DNA of 64,000 nucleotides from Octopus sinensis. Its lineage: Eukaryota. Within the stretch, counting starts at the first letter, position 1. Every line of letters starts with the position of its first letter. Shown here piece after piece: positions 44,471 through 54,722 of this stretch. Location of the stretch: contig NC_043002.1 in the NCBI RefSeq assembly GCF_006345805.1, positions 69,192,001 through 69,256,000 of the forward strand, given 5' to 3'. The position numbers and the translations under genes were made by a program. Under the pieces are notes generated by a model. The model worked only from the letters and a program-made list of their open reading frames with translations, did no database searches and was not told the DNA's origin.

Positions 44471-44605
44471 TTATTTCTCATTCCAGAAGTTTGTGAGAAT
44501 CCACTCTGCCATGGGTTTGGCTTCTCAGAGTCTGAGGTTTCTTCAGTTTGCTCTTGAGGCCGATTAGGCCCTCTCATATCAACAAGGCACACACGTTTCC
44601 TTTGC
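44471..44605 (-). CDS. PHLPP: PHLPP-like exon (LRR-PP2C linker and PP2C start)
   Basis: cttttag|g...aataa|gtaagt; QRKRVCLVDMRGPNRPQEQTEETSDSEKPNPWQSGFSQTSGMRNK (compare PHLPP WSHGY.E.SG.KNKLCV). Confidence 0.9.
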
Positions 44606-45244
44606 CTAAAAGTGTCAAGAAAGAAAGTCGTTATAAAGCAAGGACTGAGCAGTTGAGAGATACAGTGATGATAAACAATAAATTATAAAGATAGCAATTA
44701 ATATGTTTTGTTTTTGGATTGGCTTGCAAGATTTTTTATGTGAGTTCATGTATTGAAGCAAATTTTGTTGTGTCTGGGAAGTCATTCTCTTTTAGTGCCT
44801 TATTATTTAACACACTCACCGGTTCAGTTTCCACTCATTTACTTATTTATTTTTCTAAAATTTTTGTTGCATCTTGCAACCTTTCCAATAGTCGTTGACT
44901 CTATCCATTATCCAAGCTGCATTCTTTCTGTTTGCTTGTGTGCATGTGTGTGTGCATACATATGTATTTATGTATGTATGTATGTGTGTGCATATGTATA
45001 TATGTATGTATGTGTGCGTGTGCATATGTATATATGTATGTATGTATGCATGTGTGTGTGTGCATATGTATATATATATATGTATGTATGTATTCTGCAT
45101 ATTTTTGTGTTTGTGTGTTTTAATGTGTGTGTATTTACATGTGTGTGTGTGTGTACCTCTGTCTCCTTGTGTGTGAGTGTGTCTGAGTGTATGTGTGTGT
45201 ATGGGTTTTTGTGACTATATACTGTGTCTGTATGTATATATATA

Positions 45245-45289
<45 letters not shown>

Positions 45290-45472
45290 ATATGTTACTA
45301 CAAAGAAATTTGATAACAGTTGAATTATAATTATTATACATTTGCCATATTCCCTGATATTATCCATAATGGAAGAATGCATACTTCCAAAGTTACCTAT
45401 CATACGATGGGTAACACTTTGGTAAATAGCAATGAATAAACAAGAAAATGAAGATAAAGTAGAAGAAAACAA

Positions 45473-45590
45473 GTTTATGGCCATATCATGTTGAAAACAT
45501 CAGTTCTCATCTGATGACTGTAGTTAAGCAATGGCGAACTGTATTAGTACTTAGATGACCGTTTGGGAAACCTAGGTGTTGTCAACAGCA
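45473..45590 (+). pseudogene. 5S rRNA pseudogene
   Basis: gtttatggccatatcatgttgaaaacatcagttctcatctgatgactgtagttaagcaatggcgaactgtattagtacttagatgaccgtttgggaaacctaggtgttgt is collinear with invertebrate 5S rRNA as recalled; many transitions and a ~5-nt deletion in the box C region. Confidence 0.8.
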
Positions 45591-45760
45591 TTTAAAAAAG
45601 CTATAGGTGTGGCTGTGTGATAAGAAGCTTGCTTCCCAACCACATAGTTCTGGGTTCAGTCCCATTGTGTGGCACCCTGGGTGAGTAAGTGTCTTCTACT
45701 ATAGACTTGGACCAACCAAAGCCTTGTTAGTGGATTTGGTAGCTAGAAACTGAAAGAAGC

Positions 45761-45805
<45 letters not shown>

Positions 45806-47439
45806 TCATCATCATCATGGTTTAACATCCACCTTCCATGCTGGCATGGGTGGGACTATTCTTTCATTGTTTTATTCATCTCAGTCATTTGACTGCGGCC
45901 ATGCTGGGGCATCGCCTTTAGTAAAAGAAATCAACTCCAGGACTTATTTTTGTAAGCCTAGTACTTATTCTATCAGTTCTTTTTTGCTGAACTGCTAAGT
46001 TACAGGTACATAAACACACCAACATTGGCTGTCAAGCGATGAAGGGGAGACAAACACAGACACAAGGCTATAGCAGAAGACACTTGTCCAAGGTGCCACA
46101 CAGTGGGACTGAGCCCGGAACCATGTGGTTGAGAAGCAACCTTCTTACCACACAGCCACTTGGCTTTGTCTCTGTGTTTGTCCCTGCCATAACCACTTGT
46201 CAATCAGCAAAACAGACCAATGGAATAAGTACTAGACTCACAAAATTAAATCTAAAACACCTGTGGTGATGCTCCAGCATGGCCACAGTCAAGAGACTGA
46301 AACAAGTAATAGACAATAAAAGAAAGTGAGAAGAAAAGAAGTAAGCGTAAGAAGTTTAACATGTAAAATGAATGTATTGTACCAAAGACCCAAGGACACA
46401 TTAAAAATAAACATCCGTAAAAATAGCATTATCTGATTCTCACAGCTTTTGTTAATTATTGTTTTCTGGTAGAAAATTTGAAATAATTATTGGAGCTAAT
46501 TACTTTTGTTAACTCTGTCACTGTCATACTAGTCTCACAACTACTGCACTAGCCACGGTGCCAGTTATACCACTACACCACACCTTTTCTGTCACTGTTG
46601 ATATATATATAACTGGTTTCACAGCTGTCTTTTCTTTTACCACTTCCACCACCACCACCACCACTACCACCAATAGCACCACTATCGCAATCTCCATCAC
46701 TACAAGGATGATGATGACGATGATGATGATCGTAATGACCAGCGTCCAGCATCACTCCCACCATCACCACTACCACCACCACCACCAGGATTAGCAATGA
46801 ATCCAGTCTGGAATAGGTGTACAACTGGGAGGCAATGATGTCCGTCTTCAGATTCTTTTCTTTGAAGTATTACTAGAGAATGGACATGTTTGAATTGTGT
46901 ATATATATATGAGAAGTGGCTGTGTGGTAAGTAGTTTGCTTACCAGCCACATGGTTCTGGGTTCAGTCCCACTGTGTGGCACCTTGAGCAAGTGTCTTCT
47001 ACTATAGCCTCAGGCTGACCAGATTTGTGTGTGGATTTGATACACAGAAACTGAAAGGCCAAAATTGCAAAGATAATCTGAAACTCGACTGAGGAAAGAA
47101 AACTCCAAATGACCCGTCCTTGCTTTCTTTGTTTCGGCTATCTGGATGTTTTGTTGTCCCCTTTTTTGTATCCCCTAACTGTCTGGATGTTTTGCGTTCT
47201 TGTCCCAAGGCAACACCGCAGAACAGGAGCAACCTCATACTCCAAAAGAAACCTAAGATCAACAATAGAAGAGAGTCACAGGAAGCTAGCTGGTTTCTGT
47301 AGCAACACCTTTCCGTGCATGTCTACTGCACACTCGCTCACACACATGCACATCGGCAACATTCGTCAATTTCTTAAAAATGGGCTCATAACTCCGAAAT
47401 ATTGAATACAATGTAAGTCTACATTGATTCACTGGAAGT

Positions 47440-47482
47440 CCACCTGAAGATTGTCGATCAAGACAAGAAACGATTGTAGTGG
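47440..47482 (+). ncRNA. Type-I hammerhead ribozyme motif
   Basis: CCAC CUGAAGA UUGUC gaucaa GACAA GAAA C gauu G UA GUGG: 4-bp stem I, 5-bp stem II, short stem III, GUA site (predicted cut after 47478). Confidence 0.7.
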
Positions 47483-47888
47483 CGGTTTTTTTGACTATTT
47501 ATTAAAATTTTATGTATTAATTAAGTCTTTCCTTGTTTGTTTTGCAAAATAGTGGTTTTGTCTCGAATAATATTCTATAATATTTTACTATAAAATCGAT
47601 TTAATCCTAAATCTGATTTTTTCCCTGTAAATTTGGATTATTCCCTAATATTTATTATTATGTATGTATATATATATATATGTATATGTATGTATGTATA
47701 TATATATGTATGTATATATATATATATGTATGTATATATATATATATGTATGTATATATATATATGTATGTATGTATGTATGTATATATATATATATATG
47801 TATGTATATATATATATATGTATGTATATATATATATATATATGTATGTATATATATATATATGTATGTATATTTATTATATAGAAGG

Positions 47889-47939
47889 AGCTTCTACAGG
47901 ACTAGAACTGTTTCATTCAAGAGAAATCTTCAGGAAGCT
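47889..47939 (-). ncRNA. Type-I hammerhead ribozyme motif (sense to PHLPP pre-mRNA)
   Basis: Minus strand: AGCUUC CUGAAGA U UUC ucuu GAA U GAAA CAG uucuaguc CUG UA GAAGCU; 6-bp stem I; predicted cut between 47895 and 47894. Confidence 0.75.
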
Positions 47940-48525
47940 AGTTAACAAGAATTGTATTGGCATTTATACATTTAGGCAGGTTTAAAGGGGTGTTGGTGGG
48001 GGACTTTTTTGGGGTAGGCATAGCGCAAAATATCATACTTGGGGGAGTGGTCAAGGAGTCAGTGTTAAATTAGATAGAATAAATAAAAAAATAAAAAAAT
48101 AAAAAAATCTATATATAAAAAAAGGGGAATAGAGTTTTAGGTAAATAAGGAGATTCTCACTTATACCTATGCACACATGTATACATACATACACACACAT
48201 ACAAACATATATACATATACATACACACATACATACACACACATATATATATATATATATTATATATATATATACACTTACACATACACATACATATACA
48301 TATCTACACATACACATATATGTATACATACACACACTCACATGCATACACGTATACACACATGTATATATACACACACGACCACACATACATATACGCA
48401 CAGAAAAATATATATACACATACACACACATACTCACATACACGCATACACACATGATGTGTATATAGATGTGTATATATATGTATGTGTATATATACAT
48501 GTATATAGGTATATGTATGTGTGTG

Positions 48526-48562
<37 letters not shown>

Positions 48563-49163
48563 GCGACTATGTAGAGATATAAGTATGTGCATGTGTATAT
48601 GTATATGTGTGTATATATATGTATGGGTATGTGTATGTATGTATGTATATGTATATATATGTATGTGTGTGTGCGTATGTATGCATATACGTATGTATGT
48701 ATGTATGTATGTATATGTGTATGTATATATGTGTGTAAGTGTGTGTATATATGTAAATGTAAGTGTGTGTGCTTGTATGAGAATGTATGTATGTTTGCAC
48801 ACATGTATATATGTGTGTGTATGTGTATATGTATATGTATATGTGTATATATATATGTATATATATATATATGTATGTATATGTGTATGTATATATATGT
48901 GTATATGTGTGTGTGTGTATACATGTGTGTATGTGTATGTATGTATGTATATATATGCGTGTGTATGTGTATGTGTATATGTACATATACGCGTACGCTC
49001 GTGTGTTTATGTATATGTAGGTACGTAGAGTTATCTATGTGTGTATTTATATGTACATGTGTGTAAGTATGTATATATATGTATATATGTATGTGTATGT
49101 GTGTGTGTGTATATATATATGTATGTATATATGTATGTGTGTGTGTATGTGTATATATGTATG

Positions 49164-49203
<40 letters not shown>

Positions 49204-49538
49204 GTGTAAGTTTATATGTATGTATCCGTCTATATAATAGGTAACTGCACGTACATATACTTAATATTTATTATTTATTTTTTGAGTATGCATGTACGAA
49301 TAACTGCGCGTATATATATTTTACTATTTACTTATTTTTTGAGTATGCATGTAAGTATGAATATAAGGAGGCGCGTGTGTGTGTGTGTATGTGTAAGCAT
49401 AGATATATGTATACTTTTACGCATGTGTGTACTTATGTGTATATATTGATGCGCGCGTGTGTGTGTGTGTGTATGGGTACGCATGTACATGTGTATGTGT
49501 GTGTAGTGTATATATATGTATATGTGTGTGTATGCGTA

Positions 49539-49571
<33 letters not shown>

Positions 49572-50340
49572 GTGTATATATATATGTGAATATATATATA
49601 TATATATATACATGTATGTATTTGTACGTAGGTGTATATGTATGTGTGTGTATTTATATTTATTGGTGTATATATATAGACTAGCCTTCTAAGAGTGTAG
49701 ACATGAATCTGTAGGTACGCGTACGTATGTGTATATACGTGAATGTATGTAGATGTATGTATGTATGAATATAACGCGTGCGGGCGTGTATGTGTATGAG
49801 TGTACGAATGAGTGAGTGTACGTGCTAAAGAGTGTGCGTGAGTGAATGAGTGCTTGTTTTCCAGTAGACAGATAAATGGACTGGCTGTCATAGCCAAGAT
49901 GTTTGTGACCAAGCGGCCAAAGATAACAAAAGTAATAAACGAAGATAATAAAATTAAAATTAGGGAATGGGTCTGTATTTGTATGTGTATATATATGTGT
50001 GTATGTGTAGGTATGCATAGGTACACATATGTATATATAAATATATATATATATACATGTATGTATATGTATGTATGTGTGTGTATATGTGTGTGTATGT
50101 GTATATATGTGTATATAGGGACTAGTGTGCTGTGTGTGCATGTGTGTGTGGATATGTGTGTGTATGCGTGTATGTGAGTATGTGTGTGTATGTGTATATA
50201 TATATTTCTGTGCGTATATGTATGTGTGGTCGTGTGTGTATATATACATGTGTGTATACGTGTATGCATGTGAGTGTGTGTATGTATACATATATGTGTA
50301 TGTGTAGATATGTATATGTATGTGTATGTGTAAGTGTATA

Positions 50341-50381
<41 letters not shown>

Positions 50382-50676
50382 ATGTATGTGTGTATGTATA
50401 TGTATATATGTTTGTATGTGTGTGTATGTATGTATACATGTGTGCATAGGTATAAGTGAGAATCTCCTTATTTACCTAAAACTCTATTCCCCTTTTTTTA
50501 TATATAGATTTTTTTATTTTTTTATTTTTTTATTTATTCTATCTAATTTAACACTGACTCCTTGACCACTCCCCCAAGTATGATATTTTGCGCTATGCCT
50601 ACCCCAAAAAAGTCCCCCACCAACACCCCTTTAAACCTGCCTAAATGTATAAATGCCAATACAATTCTTGTTAACT

Positions 50677-50727
50677 AGCTTCCTGAAGATTTCTCTTGAA
50701 TGAAACAGTTCTAGTCCTGTAGAAGCT
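50677..50727 (+). ncRNA. Type-I hammerhead ribozyme motif (identical to the 47889-47939 copy)
   Basis: AGCUUC CUGAAGA U UUC ucuu GAA U GAAA CAG uucuaguc CUG UA GAAGCU; predicted cut after 50721. Confidence 0.75.
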
Positions 50728-50814
50728 CCTTCTATATAATAAATTAATTTTACTCTGCTATGTATTGAGTACCTTATTTACTGTGGTTAACCCCGAATCA
50801 ACCCGGGACCTACA

Positions 50815-50968
50815 TATATGTATGTATATATATATATATGTATGTATATATATATATATATGTTTGTATATATATATGTATGTATGTATATATATATATA
50901 TATGTATGTATATATATATATATGTATGTATATATATATATATGTATGTATATATATATATATGTATG

Positions 50969-51044
<76 letters not shown>

Positions 51045-51125
51045 TGTATGTATATATATATATATGTATGTATATATATATATATGTATATGTATATATA
51101 TATGTATGTATATATATTATGTATG

Positions 51126-51158
<33 letters not shown>

Positions 51159-51243
51159 CTATATATATATATATATGTATGTATCTATATATATATATAT
51201 GTATGTATCTATATATATATATATATGTATATATATATGTATG

Positions 51244-51279
<36 letters not shown>

Positions 51280-51290
51280 TCATCATCATC
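50815..51290. repeat. Compound (TA)n/TATG microsatellite array (similar arrays at 47655-47870, 53345-53820, 44940-45295, 22960-23240)
   Basis: Direct reading; source of the spurious Y/I/C/V/M-rich ORFs in the track. Confidence 0.95.
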
Positions 51291-51322
51291 ATCATTTAGC
51301 GTCCGTTTTCCATGCTAGCATG

Positions 51323-51353
<31 letters not shown>

Positions 51354-51414
51354 ACTCTTTTACTCTTTTACTTGTTTCAGTCATTTGACTGCGGCCATGC
51401 TGGAGCACCGCCTT

Positions 51415-51419
<5 letters not shown>

Positions 51420-51449
<30 letters not shown>

Positions 51450-53340
51450 TGTGTACAATGCTCAGGTGCACTACAACTCATCTAAAGTGTATATATAATC
51501 AGGTGTAGTTTCGACGGATTTCGGGAAGCATGAGGGCCTTAAAGGATGCAGTGTCATGGCAGTCAACAACTGATGCAGGCAGTTTATTCCACGCTTCAGC
51601 AACCCTGAGCGTGAAAAAATGTTTCCGAAAGTCATGGGAGCTGTGCTGTTTTCTGACTTTGTAGGCATGTCCACGTGTGTTAGACACATGGAGATCAAAA
51701 AGGTGTTCAGTGTTGTTGTTGGTGAGGTGGATGATAACCTTGTGGGTGTTTACCAAGTCCGTCGCCAGACACCGGAGCTTCAGTGAATCCATGCCCAGGG
51801 AAACAAGGCGCTCAGAATATGGTAGGTGTCTGATGGAGGGTATGCGTTTGGTTGCACGTCTCTGGACAGATTCCAGGAGGTCAATGTTCTGAGCAAGATA
51901 GGGATTCCAAACTGATGATGCGAATTCCAAGTGCGGTCGTACCATAGCTGTATACAGTTTTAAATAGATGGCTGGAGAGCGGCTAACAAAAGTCTTGCTG
52001 AGTGATGCCAAGACACCCTCGGCCTTCTTGACAATTTTAGAGATATGCTTTGTCCAACGCAAATCACTGCTGACAGTGATGCCTAGGTCACGCTCGCAAG
52101 AGGATTTCTTGATATCAGTGTGTGGAGGGAGTATGTGGACGCAGGGTTTTTTCTCCCAAAATGCATGGTGGTACACTTGTCCACAGCCAGTTTCAGTTGC
52201 CAGTCTGTGATCCATTGCTGCATTGTGTCTAGGTCTGATTGCAGGAAAGAGTTGTAGACATCAGGATCAGTCCTCTTGATTTCAAGGTACAGCTTGATGT
52301 CGTCTGCATATTTCAATACTGTGGCATTCTTTAAATTGGCATCTATGTCATTAATGTATGCCACAAACAGGAGGGGACCAAGGACAGATCCCTGTGGTAC
52401 ACCCGATGACATCTCATATGGTGTAGAGTGCTGTCCTAGAACTGTGACTACCTCCTTTCGGCTGAGGATGAAGGATTTCAACCAGTTAAAAAGGTCATCC
52501 CCCACACCCATTGCAGAGAGTTTCACCATAAGCCTTTTGTGTGGCACAGAGTTGAAAGCCTTAGCAAAGTCAAGGTAGACAACATCCACCCATGAGCCAC
52601 TGTCAGTGATCTGAGTAATGTCCTCAAGGAACTCGACAAGCTGGTCACTGCAGCTGGAGTTAGGGACAAATCCATATTGTGAGGGTCGGATGAGACTGTG
52701 AGAGCTCCAGAAGTTTCAGAGTGTTTCTCTGACACACGATTCCATCAGTTTTGCAATACAGCTAGTGAGACTGACTGGGCGATAGTTGATAGGTGATGTG
52801 CGGTCACCCTTTTTGAACAGAGGAATGACACTGGCAGTTTTCCACTGCTCCGGAGTAGCACCATTGTTGAGACAGTACTGGAAGAAAATAGAAAGCTGGT
52901 GTAAAAGGAAGTGCCTGCCACGTTTGAGAAGCAGGTATGTAACTCCATCGAGACCAGGGGAGGCATAGTTGCACTTATTTTGAAGGTGACGTCGCAGCAT
53001 TGCAGGTGTAAATTCCATAGTTGTTATGGAGTTTGCTGTTAGTGATGGTGAAGATGGTACATTTTGACTTTCGACAGTGAATATGTTTGCATAGCACTCG
53101 GCAATGAGTTCTGCGCATTCCTTGGGGTCGTCAGTGATCTGGTTCGTGTGAGGGTTGCGAAGAGGGCCCACTGGAGAGTGAGGTCTCTGCTTTGAATGCA
53201 CATATTTCCAGAAAACCTTGCTGTCAGGATTGGCTGCTATGCACTGTTCAAATTCAAGCACTGCATTTTTTGTCACTTGCTTGAGATGGTTGGAGGATTT
53301 ATTCCGCTTCTTCCTGTTGGTGTCTGATTTATGCAACTTG
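51420..53340 (-). mobile_element. 5'-truncated CR1/L2-type LINE (reverse transcriptase region) with (TTA)n tail
   Basis: Three overlapping frameshifted ORFs: NYRPVSLTSCIAKLME, DVVYLDFAKAF..VPHKRL, GVPQGSVLGPLLF, YADDIKLY, VRPHLEFASSVWNPY, ESVQRRATK, TRGHAYK, FFTLRVAEAWNKLP; (ata)n at 51419-51449. Confidence 0.93.
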
Positions 53341-53443
53341 TATTCATATATATGTATGTATGTATATATATATATGTATGTATATATATATATATATATA
53401 TGTATGTATATATATATATGTATGTGTATATATTATATATATG

Positions 53444-53494
<51 letters not shown>

Positions 53495-53769
53495 GTATAT
53501 ATGTATGTATGTGTATATATATATGTATGTATGTATATATATATATGTATGTATGTGTATATATATATGTATGCATGTGTATATATATATGTATGTATGT
53601 GTATATATATATGTATGCATGTGTATATATATATGTATGCATGTGTATATATATGTATGTATGTGTATATATATATGTATGTATGTGTATATATATATGT
53701 ATGCATGTGTATATATATATGTATGCATGTGTATATATATATGTATGTGTATATATATATATATATATG

Positions 53770-53818
<49 letters not shown>

Positions 53819-54722
53819 GTAAATGTAAAAGACTTGTTTTATTTGCATTCCTGAGCGCCATACTAATACAATTGTTTGTTTATATTCCACCTGCCTTCGT
53901 CTTTTGTTTATTTTCATAAAGCTTCCCGTTATATATATATGTATATGTTTGTGTGGCTGTTTGTCCCCCCCCTCATCACTTGACAACTGGTGGTGTGTTT
54001 ATGTCCCCGTAACTTAGTGGTTCGGCAAAAGAGACCGATATAATAAGTACTAGGCTTACAAAGAATAAGTCATGGGGTTGATTTCTTCGACTAAATGCAG
54101 TGCTCCAGCATGGCCACAGTCAAATGACTGAAACAAATAAAAGAATATGTGTATATATGTGAAGCCTTTTGGTTTTGGCTTATAATCATAAGTTCTATTC
54201 CTGGTGGCACTCTGTGTCCTGAAGCAAGACACTTTATTTCACATTGCTCCAGTTCACTCAACTGCCACAAATGAGTCGTACATGTAATACAAAAGGGCCA
54301 GCCTTGTCACATACTGTGTCACAATGAATCTCCCTGAACACAAAATTAAGAGTACGCATGTCTTTGGAGTGCTTGACCACTTGCATGTTAACTTCATGAG
54401 CAGGCTGTTCTGTTGCACGGATCAACTGGAACTGTCATCATCGTAACTGATGGAATGTCAGTTATAATGCTACAGAGCAGACATGGTTCAAGTGTTAGGA
54501 AGTTTGATTTGTGATCAGGATGTCATGTTCTGGGCTTAATTCCACAAAGTGTTGCCTTCGGTGAGTGCTGCACACAATGATTTGAGTTGACCAATGTCAT
54601 GTGACTGAAACTGCGCTGGACAGAATCTGCATGGTGCGGAAGTCTATTGGATGGCTTGCATTTGGACCAGCTTTGCTATAGACAGTGTCACACTAATTCT
54701 GACTGAAGATTACATTAAAGGT

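Larger units (their letters stand above)
47872..50744. repeat. Long inverted repeat: ~585-bp arms (47872-~48455 and ~50154-50744) around a ~1.7-kb TG/TA-rich spacer
   Basis: The non-microsatellite part 47872-48180 is the reverse complement of ~50440-50744; homology continues through the degenerate microsatellite. Confidence 0.92.

Noticed and set aside
46540-46872. Mixed trinucleotide tract with a FLAG-like HYKDDDD reading and a possible minus-strand acceptor at 46873
   Set aside because: Every frame is closed by nearby stops; the FLAG resemblance arises from a (GAT)n run. A poison exon cannot be supported without RNA data.
44753-53986. Many long ORFs rich in Y/I/C/V/M or H/T/Y (also near 16114-16549 and 22966-23178)
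   Set aside because: Translations of (TA)n/(TG)n microsatellites, which lack stops in several frames; no domain content.
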